Of a DNA stretch of 33,452 nt, positions 22,638 through 33,300 are shown piece after piece; position 1 is the first letter of the stretch; each line of letters starts with the position of its first letter. Made by a program: the position numbers and the translations under genes. This DNA is from Sandaracinaceae bacterium (GTDB lineage: Bacteria > Myxococcota_A > Polyangia > Polyangiales > JADJQN01). The notes under the pieces were generated by a model, which was not told the DNA's origin, did not search any database, and was given only the letters and a program-made list of their open reading frames with translations. Where the stretch lies: NCBI GenBank assembly GCA_947483975.1, contig CANKOL010000014.1, positions 1 through 33,452 of the forward strand. The letters run 5' to 3'.

Positions 22638-25064
22638 ATGAGTCGTTCGATTTTCCTCTTCGTCGTGTTCGTGGTGCTCGCGGGCTGTAGCGGAGGTCCG
22701 GCGCAGCCCGGCAACGCGGCGACCGGCGCGGGCGCCACAGGCGCTGCGGGTGGCGGCACCGCGACGGGCGGCGGCGCCGCGACGGCCACGGCTCCGCAGG
22801 TCTGCCTCGGCAGCGACCACACGTGCTTTCTGCAGGTCGGCGGCAAGGTCTTCTGCGCGGGCTCGAACCTCGACGGGGAGCTCGGCGACGGCACCGCGCG
22901 CGACCGCTTCACGTTCGTCCCCGTCGCCGGCATCGCCGACGCGACGCAGCTCTCTTGCGGCAGCAGCCACACCTGCGTCCGGCGGGCCACCGGGCAGGTC
23001 AGCTGCTGGGGCCGCAACTCGCACGGGGAGCTCGGCGCCGGCACCGACGCCACCACGCTCGTCCCCGTCGCGGTCGCCGGGATGACCGACGCGGTCGAGG
23101 TCGCCGCTGGGCGGGACTTCACCTGTGTGCGGCGCGCCGACGGCAGCGTCTCCTGCTGGGGGCTCGGCGAGAACGGCAGCCTCGGCGGCGGGAACACCAA
23201 CGACTCCAAGACGCCCGTCGTCGTGACCGGCGTGAGCGGCGCGGTCGGGCTCGGCGCGGGCCGCTCCCATGTGTGCGCGCGCACCGCGGCGGGCGCCGTG
23301 CTGTGCTGGGGCGCGAACCAATCGGGCCAGCTCGGGCGCGGCGTCGGGCAGAGCCGCGACGCGTCCACCGCAGCGCCGGTCGTCGGGCTCGCGGGCGCGA
23401 CGGGCCTCGCGGTCGGCGGCAACAACACCTGCGCGCTCCTCCCGGGCGGCGCGGTCAGCTGTTGGGGCAGCAACTATCAGGGACAGCTCGGCGACGGGCA
23501 GGCAGGCAGCAACCTCAAGGCCGAGGTCCCCGCGGCGGTCCCCGGACTCACCGGCGTCACCGCGCTCTCGCTCGGCGAGAACCGCGCGTGCGCGCTCGTC
23601 GCGGCCGGCGCGGTCAAGTGCTGGGGCTACAACAACTACGTCGCCGAGCTGCTCGGCGCCGGGAGCCGCGAGCAGAACGTCTCCTCGCCGACGCCGGTCG
23701 TCGGGGTCACGGGCGCGGCAGCGATCGCGAGCGGCAATCAGTCCTCGTGCGCGCTGACCACCGCGGGCGCGCTCGTGTGCTGGGGCGCGAACGAGCACGG
23801 GCATCACGGCGTCGGCAGTCGCCTGAGCGCGCACGAGGGGCGCGTCAGCGTGCCCGCCGTGGCGGCCTTCACGGCCCCGGCGAGCGTGCTCGACACCTTC
23901 CCCGTCACGACGCAGGTCTCGGCGGTCGCGCCGCAGCTCTCGATGGAGCAGTCGCGCGCCTGCGGCGTGACGGCGGACGGCAAGGTGCACTGCTTCGGCA
24001 ACGGCGGCGGCGGCACGCTCGGCAACGGCTCGACGCGCCCCGTCGCTGCGGCTGGCTTCGCTGCGACCGTGGTCGGGCTCAGCGACGCCGTGCAGGTCGC
24101 CTCGCGCGGGGCGCTCTCCTGCGCCGTCCGGGCGAACGGCAAGGTCGCGTGCTGGGGCGAGATCGAGTCGGGCGTCCGCTCGAGCCTCCCGGTGCCCCGT
24201 GAGGGGCTCGAGGACGTGGTCGAGGTCGCGCTCGGCTACGGCTTCGGCTGCGTCCGGCACCGCGATGGAGGCGTGTCCTGCTGGGGCCAGAACAACGCGG
24301 GGCAGCTCGCGAACGGCACGCGCACGCCGAACGAGACGCCCGCTCGCATCTCCGGTGTGACCGGCGCGACGCGCATCGCGACCACGGGCTCGAGCGCCTG
24401 CGCGATCCTCACCGACAAGACGCTCGCCTGCTGGGGCAGCAACAGCAACGGCGAGCTCGGGACTGGCTCCACGGAGACGTCGAGCCTCGCCGTCGTGCCG
24501 GTCCCCGGCCTGCGCAACGTCACGGACCTCGCGGGCGATGCCCACGGCTACTGCGCGGTCGCTGGCGGCAGCGTGTCCTGCTGGGGTGAGAACGACGATG
24601 GACAGGTCGGCAACGGCCCCGGCACCCCGCTCACCAAGGTGCTCACGCCGTTCAAGATCCCGTCGCTGCGCAACATCGTGCGCGTCGGCGCCGGCGGGGG
24701 CACCTCGTGCGCCGTGGACCGCGCAGGCGAAGCCTGGTGCTGGGGCGCCAACGACTTCGGTCAGACCGGCCACGACAACATGGACGATGACGATGTCCGG
24801 ACCCCGACGGCGGTGCTCCGCTCGGTCGACCCCGCGGTGGCGGCCTTCGGCCCGTACGCGCTCATGAGCTGCGCTGGCACTTGGTGCTGCGGCGTCCACC
24901 AGGACGGGCACCAGAGCTGCTCGGGCAGCTCCCCGCTCGGCGGCTCGAGCGGCTTCCTCGGCCTGAGCGATGTGCGCTCCCCGCATCCGGTCCCCGCGAC
25001 GAGCGTCACCTGGTCCGTCGCTGCGCCCGCCGCTGCGCCTGCCGCTGCGCCTGCCGCTCACTGA
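22638..25064 (+). CDS. RCC1/BLIP-II repeat lipoprotein (probably two beta-propellers)
   Basis: AGGAG RBS; lipobox VLAGC; more than 12 repeats of G..HTC....G.V.CWG.N..GQLG.G. Confidence 0.92.
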   Translation: MSRSIFLFVVFVVLAGCSGGPAQPGNAATGAGATGAAGGGTATGGGAATATAPQVCLGSDHTCFLQVGGKVFCAGSNLDGELGDGTARDRFTFVPVAGIADATQLSCGSSHTCVRRATGQVSCWGRNSHGELGAGTDATTLVPVAVAGMTDAVEVAAGRDFTCVRRADGSVSCWGLGENGSLGGGNTNDSKTPVVVTGVSGAVGLGAGRSHVCARTAAGAVLCWGANQSGQLGRGVGQSRDASTAAPVVGLAGATGLAVGGNNTCALLPGGAVSCWGSNYQGQLGDGQAGSNLKAEVPAAVPGLTGVTALSLGENRACALVAAGAVKCWGYNNYVAELLGAGSREQNVSSPTPVVGVTGAAAIASGNQSSCALTTAGALVCWGANEHGHHGVGSRLSAHEGRVSVPAVAAFTAPASVLDTFPVTTQVSAVAPQLSMEQSRACGVTADGKVHCFGNGGGGTLGNGSTRPVAAAGFAATVVGLSDAVQVASRGALSCAVRANGKVACWGEIESGVRSSLPVPREGLEDVVEVALGYGFGCVRHRDGGVSCWGQNNAGQLANGTRTPNETPARISGVTGATRIATTGSSACAILTDKTLACWGSNSNGELGTGSTETSSLAVVPVPGLRNVTDLAGDAHGYCAVAGGSVSCWGENDDGQVGNGPGTPLTKVLTPFKIPSLRNIVRVGAGGGTSCAVDRAGEAWCWGANDFGQTGHDNMDDDDVRTPTAVLRSVDPAVAAFGPYALMSCAGTWCCGVHQDGHQSCSGSSPLGGSSGFLGLSDVRSPHPVPATSVTWSVAAPAAAPAAAPAAH
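25020..25055 (+). repeat. 12-bp tandem repeat, 3 copies, encoding the C-terminal AAPA tail
   Basis: gctgcgcccgcc gctgcgcctgcc gctgcgcctgcc. Confidence 0.8.
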
Positions 25065-25082
25065 CGCGCGACCGCGACCCGC

Positions 25083-25114
25083 ACCATGAGTCGCTCGCGA
25101 GGGCGACTCACGGT
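25083..25114. terminator. Stem-loop between convergent genes (possible bidirectional terminator or REP-like element)
   Basis: ACCaTGAGTCGCTC-GCGA-GGGCGACTCAcGGT; GNRA tetraloop on the plus strand; no U-tract. Confidence 0.5.
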
Positions 25115-25155
25115 TCAGCGCAGTGACCCGCGAGGAGCGCCGACGAGCGCCGCGC

Positions 25156-26832
25156 TCAGCTCGCTTCAGTATGCCAAACGATGCAGTTGCGACCGCTGCG
25201 CTTGGCGGCGTACATCGCGGCGTCGGCGTTGCGCACGAGGGAGCTTGGGTCCGATCCGTCCGCCGGAAAGACCGCGACTCCCATGCTCGCGGAGAGATGG
25301 CACGCGGCGTCCTCGAGCCCGAGCGGCTTCTCGAGGCTGGCGCGTATGCGCTCGAGCAGCACGGGGAGGCGTGCGCTGTCGCCGATGTCGTCGAGGAGCA
25401 GCACGAACTCGTCGCCTCCAACGCGCGCGACGGTGTCCGAGCGTCGGGTGCCCGCGGTGAGACGCCGCGCGGTCTCGACGAGCGCCGCATCGCCGGCGGC
25501 GTGGCCGTGCTCGTCGTTGACCTGCTTGAAGTGGTCGAGGTCGACGAAGACCACCGCGAACGGGCTCCCCGAGCGCGCGTGTCGGGCCACGCTCTTCTCG
25601 ACCTCCTCGTCGAAATTCGCGCGGTTGCACAACCCCGTCAGCGGGTCGTGGTGCGCCAGAAGCTCGAGCCGCTCTCGGGCGCGCGCCTGCTCGTCCACGT
25701 CGGAGAAGACGCCGAGCACATGCGTCACGGCGCCGCTCTCGTCGCGCACCGCGGACAACGAGAGGTGGTAGGTCGTCACCGTGAGCCCGGCGGGCTCGGG
25801 GACCTGCAGCTCGCCTTGCCAAGTCGCGCCGCCAGCGACCGAGGTCCACGCTTGGCGCAGCGCCGCCCGCGCGAGCGGACGCAGGCACGCGGCCACCGGC
25901 TGTCCAGCGAGCGCCCCGTGCTCGAGTCCGGTCAGGCGGGCGAAGGCCCGATTCGCCGTGCGCACGACGCCGTCCAGCTCCGTCACGACGATGGCGTCGC
26001 GCGCCTGCTCGACCACCGTCCACGCGAGCCGCGCGTCGCTCGCGACCGCGCGGCTCGTGGTGACGTCGTGGATGATCGAGTAGAGCAGCGTCGCGCCGTC
26101 GCGCTCGAGCGGCCCCGTGCGCACCTCCACATCGCGGACCTCGCCGGAGGCGAGTCGATGACGGAACTCGAAGAGACTCCGCTGGTCGGTCTCGGCGCGC
26201 GCCATCGCAGCGTCGACCGCCGCGGGCCCCTGCGCGTTGATGTCGTGGATCCGCATCGAGCAGAGCGTGGCCCGGTCATACCCGTAGAAGGCCACTGCCG
26301 CCGGGTTCGCGTCGCGGATACGGCCCGTTCGGGGCTCGATGAACAGCATGATCGAGCGGTTTCGCTCGAATAACTGCCGGCCGAAGGCCTCCGCCCGCGC
26401 CACCTCCGCGGCGAGGCCGCGAGTGACGGTGACGTCCACCGCGGTCGCGACCAACGACGCGACCGATCCGTCCGGGCCCCGCACGGGCGCGAGCATGAAG
26501 TCGAAGGTCCCGCGGGTGCCGTCCGCGCTCTGGTGTCGAACGTCGAAGCGCGCGGACTCGCCGCGGCTCGCGTTCTCGATCGCAGCGTGCAGGCGCTCTC
26601 GCCCGGCGCGGTCGTCTCGCCACCAGATGGTGTCGGCGAACGGCAGCCCTATCACGTCGTCGCGTACGACACCGACGAACTCGAGCGCCGCGCGGTTCGC
26701 CTCGCGCAGGCGCCCGTCGAGCTCGAGCACCCCTATGAAGATGGGAGTCGCGTCCACGACCGCGCGCCAAGGCGTCGCGGCGTCGCTCGCGGGCTCACAG
26801 GCCGAGGGTGGCTGCTGTTCCGCGGGTTTCAC
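25156..26832 (-). CDS. PAS-PAS-PAS diguanylate cyclase (GGDEF); start uncertain, GTG 26832 preferred
   Basis: Three PAS/PAC blocks (EANRAAL, DANPAAVAFYGY, TANRAFARLTG); HDPLTGLCNR, DLDHFKQVND..GH..GD, RxxD I-site and GGDEF (RRSDTVARVGGDEF), ADAAMYAAK. Confidence 0.92.
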   Translation of the reverse strand: MKPAEQQPPSACEPASDAATPWRAVVDATPIFIGVLELDGRLREANRAALEFVGVVRDDVIGLPFADTIWWRDDRAGRERLHAAIENASRGESARFDVRHQSADGTRGTFDFMLAPVRGPDGSVASLVATAVDVTVTRGLAAEVARAEAFGRQLFERNRSIMLFIEPRTGRIRDANPAAVAFYGYDRATLCSMRIHDINAQGPAAVDAAMARAETDQRSLFEFRHRLASGEVRDVEVRTGPLERDGATLLYSIIHDVTTSRAVASDARLAWTVVEQARDAIVVTELDGVVRTANRAFARLTGLEHGALAGQPVAACLRPLARAALRQAWTSVAGGATWQGELQVPEPAGLTVTTYHLSLSAVRDESGAVTHVLGVFSDVDEQARARERLELLAHHDPLTGLCNRANFDEEVEKSVARHARSGSPFAVVFVDLDHFKQVNDEHGHAAGDAALVETARRLTAGTRRSDTVARVGGDEFVLLLDDIGDSARLPVLLERIRASLEKPLGLEDAACHLSASMGVAVFPADGSDPSSLVRNADAAMYAAKRSGRNCIVWHTEAS

Positions 26833-26968
26833 TACTTTACAACTGCGCCCATTTCGGAGTGCTGCAAGGGCTCGACGTCTTTCGTTGCGGTCGACCCTGC
26901 GCGTCGAGACGGGTAGCATCGCGCGCCGCGAGGGTCGCCGCGTCCAACCGCCCGCTCGAAGGGAAGCC

Positions 26969-27943
26969 ATGAGTCCGTCTACGCCGCAGCTGAAGAGGTC
27001 GCCGCTCGTTCTGGTCGAGGGAATCTGGGCCAAGCTGGAATGCACCCAGCCGACGGGGAGCGTGAAGGACCGGATCGCGCGCTATATCCTCGAGAAGAGC
27101 GAAGAGCGCGGACTCCTCAAGCCCGGCATGGAGATCATCGAGGCGACGAGCGGCAACACGGGGATCGCGCTCGCGCACCTCGGGCGCAGCAAGGGCTACA
27201 AGGTCACGATCGTCATGCCCGAGAACATGACGGACGAGCGCAAGGACGTGATCCGCGCGCTCGGCGCCGAGCTCGTGCTCTGCTCGAAGGAGGGCAGCTT
27301 CGCGGAGGCGGCCGCCGTGCGTGACCGGCTCGCCGCCGAGCGCGGCGCGTTCAACCCCGACCAGTTCTCGAACCCGCTGAACGTCGACTGCCATCGCGAG
27401 ACGACCGGCGCCGAGATCCTCGCGCAGCTGACCGAGCAGGGGATGGGGACGGCCGACGTCTTCGTCGCGGGCGTCGGCACCGGAGGCACGCTGATCGGCG
27501 TCGCCGAGGCGCTCCGCGCGGTCAACCCGCGCGCGCTGATCGTGGCGGTCGAGCCCGACGAGTCCGCGGTGATGAGCGGCGGACCTGCCGGGGCGCACTC
27601 GATCTACGGCATCGGCGACGGCTTCATTCCGGCCATCGCGGGCGACGGTCGAGGCGGGCTCAATCCGCTGATCAACCACGTGATCCGAGTGCCGAGCGAC
27701 GCTGCGCGGGCGACCGCGCGGCGGCTCGGGCAGACGCACGGCTTCTGCGTCGGGAGCTCGTCGGGCGCCAACTTCCTCGCCGCGCAGCAGCTACTCGGGC
27801 GCCGCAAGACCGTAGTGACGATCTTCGCCGACGGCTACGCCAAGTACTCGTCCGAGGGGCTGCAACACTGCCTGCCCGACCGCTGCCCCTACGAGCACGA
27901 GTCCGCGCTGGACTCGATCCTCGCGGGGCAGCCGGGCGCCTGA
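26969..27943 (+). CDS. Cysteine synthase (CysK/CysM)-family PLP enzyme
   Basis: KLECTQPTGSVKDR, EATSGNTG, DQFSNP, GVGTGGT, GIGDG, GSSSGAN; ATG at 26969. Confidence 0.9.
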   Translation: MSPSTPQLKRSPLVLVEGIWAKLECTQPTGSVKDRIARYILEKSEERGLLKPGMEIIEATSGNTGIALAHLGRSKGYKVTIVMPENMTDERKDVIRALGAELVLCSKEGSFAEAAAVRDRLAAERGAFNPDQFSNPLNVDCHRETTGAEILAQLTEQGMGTADVFVAGVGTGGTLIGVAEALRAVNPRALIVAVEPDESAVMSGGPAGAHSIYGIGDGFIPAIAGDGRGGLNPLINHVIRVPSDAARATARRLGQTHGFCVGSSSGANFLAAQQLLGRRKTVVTIFADGYAKYSSEGLQHCLPDRCPYEHESALDSILAGQPGA

Positions 27944-27946
27944 CGC

Positions 27947-30229
27947 TCAGAACACGAACTCGCCGCCCTGCGCGCGAAGCGCGGTGATGGCGGCGAGGTT
28001 GACGATGTCCTGCACACCGGCGTTCTGCTGGAGCACGTTCACGGCCTTGTTCATGCCGAGCAGGATCGGGCCGATCACCTCTGCGCCGCCGAAGCGCCAG
28101 AGCAGCTTGTACGAGATGTTGGCCGCATCGAGGCTCGGGAAGATGAGCACGTTGGCGTCGCCCTTGAGCGTCGAGAACGGATAGCGCGACTCGCGCTCTT
28201 CCTGCACGAGCGCAGCGTCTACCTGCATCTCGCCGTCCATCTCGAGATCCGGGCGCAGCTGCCGCGCAAGCTCCATCGCGCGCCGCATGCGCGTCGGGCT
28301 CGCCGTCGCCTTACGGGTCTCGGAGTCCCCGTAGTTCGAGTAGCTGAGGAACGCGATGCGCGGCGTCACGTCGAAGTAGCTCGCGAGATCGGCGGTCGCG
28401 ACCGCGATCTGGGCGAGGTGCTCAGGCGACGGATCGTCGTTGAGCGTGCAGTCCGCGAAGAACTTGAACTCGTTGCGCGTGACGACGACGTACACCCCGC
28501 CGGCGCGCCGCCCGGGACGCGCGCCGATGATCTCGAGCGCCGGGCCGATGGCGGCCGCGTAGGGCAGGTTGAGCCCGGTGACGAGGCCATCCGCCTCGCC
28601 GAGGTGCGTCATCATCGGGCCGTAGTAGCGCCGCAGGCCCATGCGCATCATCGCCGCGTCGCGGCTGACTCCGCGGCGCTGTCGGCCCTTCCAGTACTCC
28701 TCGGCGTAGCGCGCGCGATGCTCGCTCGTCTCGGGGTCGATGATCGTGACGTTGCGCAGCTCGTCGGCGAGGTGCCGGTCCGAGATGGTCTGCTCGATCG
28801 CGGCGCGCGAGCCGAGCAAGATCGGCTCGCAGATGCCCTCGTCGAGCAGCACCGCCGCGGCTTGCAGCACGCGCACGTGGTCGCCGTCGTTGAAGATGAT
28901 GCGGGAGGGCTTCTGCCGGGTCTTCGAGAAGACCGCGGACATCACCTGATGGCTGCGCGACTGCAGCTTCTGCAGGCGATCGCGGTAGGTGTCGAGATCG
29001 ACCTGCACGCGCGCGACGCCGCCGTCCATCGCCGCCTTGGCCACGGCGGGCGCGACCCAGAGCAGCACGCGCGAGTCGAACGGCTTCGGGATGATGTAGT
29101 CGGGGCCGAAGACGAAGCGCTCACCGCCGTACGCGCGTGAGACCGAGTCCGGCACATCCTCGCGCGCGAGCGCCGCGAGGGCGTGCGCCGCCGCGAGCTT
29201 CATCTCCTCGGTGATCTGCCGCGCGCGCACGTCGAGCGCGCCGCGGAAGATGTACGGGAAGCCGAGCACGTTGTTGACCTGGTTCGGCCAGTCGCTCCGG
29301 CCCGTCGCGACGATGGCGTCGGGGCGCGCTTCCTTCGCGTCGGCGTAGCTGATCTCCGGGTCGGGGTTGGCGAGCGCGAAGATGATGGGCCGGTCGGCCA
29401 TCGTCTTCAGCATCGCCTGCGTCACGAGCCCCGCGACGGAGCCGCCGAGGAACACGTCGGCGCCCACCATCGCGTCCGCGAGCGTGCGGCGATCGGTCGG
29501 GCGCACGTACGGCGCCTTCCACTCGTTGATGCCGTCGGTGCGCCCCTCGTAGAGCACGCCCTTGGTGTCGACCATCAGCACGTTCTCGCGCTTGACGCCG
29601 AGCGTGACCCAGAAGTTCGCGCAGGCGATGGCGGACGCGCCCGCGCCCGAGACGACGACGCGCACCTCGCCGAGCTTCTTGCCCGCGAGCTCGATCGCGT
29701 TGAGCAGCGCCGCGCCGCTGATGATCGCGGTGCCGTGCTGATCGTCGTGAAAGACGGGGATCTGCATCTCGCGCTTGAGGCGCTCTTCGATGACGAAGCA
29801 CTCGGGGGCTTTGATGTCCTCGAGGTTGATCCCGCCGAACGTCGGCTCGAGCGCCTTGGCGACGGTGCAGAACGTCTCGACGTCGTCCGCGTTGACGTTG
29901 ATGTCGAAGACGTCGATGTCCGCGAAGGTCTTGAAGAGGACGCCCTTGCCCTCCATCACGGGCTTGCCCGCGAGCGCGCCGATGTTGCCGAGCCCGAGGA
30001 CGGCGGTGCCGTTCGAGAGCACGGCGACCAGGTTCCCGCGCGCCGTGTACTTGTAGGAGAGGTCCGGATCGCGCGCGATCTCGAGGCACGGCTCGGCGAC
30101 GCCGGGCGTGTACGCGAGCGCGAGGTCCCGCGCCGTCGCGGTGGGCTTGGTCGGGATGACTTCGATCTTCCCGGGGCGTCCGCGCGAGTGGTACTCGAGC
30201 GCGTCTTCCTTGCGGATTTTCTTCGACAT
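27947..30229 (-). CDS. maeB: NADP-dependent malic enzyme with C-terminal phosphotransacetylase-like domain (alternative start 30250)
   Basis: [57 protein letters not shown]-like [10 protein letters not shown] and ANVLIFP. Confidence 0.96.
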   Translation of the reverse strand: MSKKIRKEDALEYHSRGRPGKIEVIPTKPTATARDLALAYTPGVAEPCLEIARDPDLSYKYTARGNLVAVLSNGTAVLGLGNIGALAGKPVMEGKGVLFKTFADIDVFDINVNADDVETFCTVAKALEPTFGGINLEDIKAPECFVIEERLKREMQIPVFHDDQHGTAIISGAALLNAIELAGKKLGEVRVVVSGAGASAIACANFWVTLGVKRENVLMVDTKGVLYEGRTDGINEWKAPYVRPTDRRTLADAMVGADVFLGGSVAGLVTQAMLKTMADRPIIFALANPDPEISYADAKEARPDAIVATGRSDWPNQVNNVLGFPYIFRGALDVRARQITEEMKLAAAHALAALAREDVPDSVSRAYGGERFVFGPDYIIPKPFDSRVLLWVAPAVAKAAMDGGVARVQVDLDTYRDRLQKLQSRSHQVMSAVFSKTRQKPSRIIFNDGDHVRVLQAAAVLLDEGICEPILLGSRAAIEQTISDRHLADELRNVTIIDPETSEHRARYAEEYWKGRQRRGVSRDAAMMRMGLRRYYGPMMTHLGEADGLVTGLNLPYAAAIGPALEIIGARPGRRAGGVYVVVTRNEFKFFADCTLNDDPSPEHLAQIAVATADLASYFDVTPRIAFLSYSNYGDSETRKATASPTRMRRAMELARQLRPDLEMDGEMQVDAALVQEERESRYPFSTLKGDANVLIFPSLDAANISYKLLWRFGGAEVIGPILLGMNKAVNVLQQNAGVQDIVNLAAITALRAQGGEFVF

Positions 30230-30258
30230 CGGTGTGAAACTGGTCGCCATGGCGGCCT

Positions 30259-30284
30259 ACGCTGCCCCATGCGTGGGGCGGCGT
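30259..30284. other. GC-rich hairpin immediately upstream of maeB
   Basis: ACGCTGCCCCA-TGCG-TGGGGCGGCGT: 11-bp stem with one wobble or mismatch depending on strand. Confidence 0.4.
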
Positions 30285-30348
30285 CGAGAGCCGCGATCAA
30301 TTCTTTCGCACGACGCGCCGCGTTGCTCGCGCGCCGCCCGTCACACGC

Positions 30349-33300
30349 TCAGGTGGGCTTGAGCACGGTGGCCGTGCTGCGCCGTCCGTCGAGCAGGATC
30401 CTCAGGGGTTTCTCGAGGCGGATGTGGCGCACCTCGCCCGTGTCGGCGACGTCGGCCTGCGCGCTCAGCCACGCCTCGTCGAGCACGCGCGGGTGCGCGT
30501 CGTCGCGGTGATCGACGCTCGAGATGGTCAGGTAGCCGATGCGGAACGACGTCACGTTGTGGAAGAAGTGCGCCGCCTGCGAGGGCTCGACCTCGCGGTC
30601 CTGGAACACCGTCTCGACGATGACCTTCGCGCCCGCGATCTGCGCCCAGCGCACCGGGATGCCGAGGCGCGGATCGCTGGTGCCCCAGCGCCCCGGGCCG
30701 ATCAGCAGATAGGGAGTCTTGTCCGCCATCAGCTTCGCGTTGAGCGCGCCGACTTGGTTCGCGACGAGCGGCGTCTCGTGCGGCTGCAGGTCGTTGCGCT
30801 TGACGATCACGATGTCGCGGACGTCCTCGACGACGCCGTGTCCGAGCGAGCGGTCCGTCGTGCAGAGGATTCGGTCGGGCGCGAAGCCCTCCGTCTCGAC
30901 CGCGCCGTCGAGCAGCTGGGTCGCCTGCGGGCGCACCTGCAGGACGTGCAGGCTGGGCTCGCGGCGAGCGCGCCCGGCGGGCGTCGGCTGCCCGTAGTCT
31001 CCCGCGTCGACGGCGAACTCGATCTCGACGGGGCTGCCGAAGCCCTCGCGGAAGAGGCGCAATAGCTCAGCGAGCGCGGGCGCGAGCGGCAGCGCGTCCC
31101 ACTTGAGCACGTTGTGGAAGGTGACGACGCGCGGCCCGGGCATCGAGAGGTTGTCGCGGATGAGGTCGTCGTCCGGGGAGTACACGCTGCCCACGAGCGC
31201 GAGCGTGCCGTCGGCCTCTGCGTCGCGGAGGTCGTACTCCTTGGCGCTCCCGCCCGGCGTCAGCTCAGGTGCGGTGTTCGTGAGATCGAGCGCGAAGAAG
31301 CGCTTCTGCGTGTACCGGAGGTAGTCCTCGGCGGGGCCGAACTGCGGCAGCACCGAGGGCTCGCTCGGCGAGAATTGCAGGGCCGCGCCGCCCTGCACGA
31401 TCGTCTGTCCGAGCCCGAGCGCGACGATGGCGAGGCCGTCCTCTGCGCGCTGATGGCCGACGGGATAGTAGTTGTACGAGACCGCGACGCCGGCGATGTG
31501 CGGATAGAAGCGCCCGTCGTGCGGCTGCCCGACGACCTCCTCGATCAGCACGGCCATCTTCTCCTCTTCGACGGAGAACTGCGTGCGCCCGATGTACGAG
31601 CGCGCGTCCTCGGAGTACGTCGAGGCCCACACCGCCTTGATGGCGCGGCAGAGTTGCCGAAAGCGCTCATCGGGGTCGGGGTGATTGTTGGGGATCATGT
31701 GCGTCGTGTAGATCCCCGCGAACGGCTGCAGCTGCGAGTCCTCGAGCAGGCTCGACGAGCGCACCGCGAGCGGACCCGTGAACTGCGCGACGCTGCGGCG
31801 CAGCTTGTGGCGCAGGTCCTCGGAGAGGCGCGTGCCCATGAAGCGCTTGAGGATCTCCTCCTCGCTGAGCGACGCCCAGCCGCCCTCGAGGATCTTCGCC
31901 GTCTCGATGAAGCGATCGAACTCATCCGTCGGCACGACGACCGAGTACGGGATGCGGATCGAGAGCCCGGGGAAGCGCTCGGCGAGCCCGTGCCGCGCGA
32001 TCAGCGTCCCGACGAACGCGAGCCCGCGCGCCTTGCCACCGATGGAGCCCTTGCCGAGGCGGATGAACTGCGCCGACGCGCTCTGCCGCTTGGCGGCGGA
32101 GTAGTCCGAGATCGCGCCCTCTTGCTGCCGCGTGCGCTCGTCCGCGAGGGCCGCGACGATGAACGCGCGGATCTCCTCCGGGCCCTTGAATTCTTCGGCC
32201 TTGCGCGTGCGCAGGCGCTTGGCGACGGTGAACATGCAGCGCGCCGTCAGCCAGTGCGAGAAGTGGTCGCGGCTCGCGTGGTACGCGATGGACTCCGCCG
32301 GCACCTTCACGAGCATCTGCTCGAGCTCGTAGGCGTGCCGGGCGCGCCCGACCTCCCAGCGGTTCGGCAGGCGGAACACGAAGTCCCCGAAGCCGAGCGC
32401 CTCCTTCACGAAGTCGCGCACTTCCCCGAGGAATTGCGGCGAGTTCTTGTCCGCGTACGCGACGCCGAGCGCCTCGGCGCGCTTCGCGTTCTCGCCCTCG
32501 GCCGACTGCATCATCACCGCGAGATCGGGCGCCCGCGCGCGCATCTCCGCGACGAGGTCGAAGCCCGCCTGCGGGTCCTCTTCGCCGTTTCGCATGAAGC
32601 GCACATCGCTGATCACGGCGATGATCGCCTCTTGGTACTCGTCGAAGCGCGCCATCGCCTCTTCGTAGTTGCGCGCGAGCAGGACCTTCGGCCGCGCGCG
32701 CATCCGAACGAGGCGATGCAGGTCGTTGAGGCCCTCGGCGACGAGAGACTCGGACTGCTTCATCAGCTCCGCGTACAGCATGCTCAGGAACGACGAGTAC
32801 TTGCGGATCGAGTCCTCGACGACGACCACGGCGCGCACGCCCGCGCGCATGTCGTGCGCGAGGTTCAGGCGGTCTTCGACGAGCTTGATGATCGCGAGGA
32901 TGATCCGCGCGTCGCCCGTCCAGCAGAACACGTGATCGACGGCGGTCTCATCGAGCCCGTCCGTGAATTGCGCGAGATCCGCCTCGCTGCGGACGAGCAG
33001 CACGACGGGCATCGACGGGTGCTGCTGCTTGACGTGCCGCCCGAGCGCGCTCGCGTCGGTGTCCGCCAAGCGCACCATCGTCAGCACGAGGTCGAAGCGC
33101 CGCGCCTTGAGGATCTTGAACGCCGCGGCGCCCGACGAGACGTGCGTGATGCGCGGCGCGTTCGAGAGGTTCAGCTCCGAATACTCGGTGAAGATTCGGT
33201 CCGTGAGGCGCCCGTCCTCCTCGAGGATGAACGCGTCGTACGGGGAGCTCACGAGCAGCACCTCGCGGATGCGGTTCGGCATCAGGTCGTGGAAGAACTC

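Noticed and set aside
26833..26968. Riboswitch (c-di-GMP or SAM) in the divergent gap between the cyclase and the CysK-like gene
   Set aside because: No recognisable consensus and the gap is short; an Rfam scan would be needed to exclude it fully.
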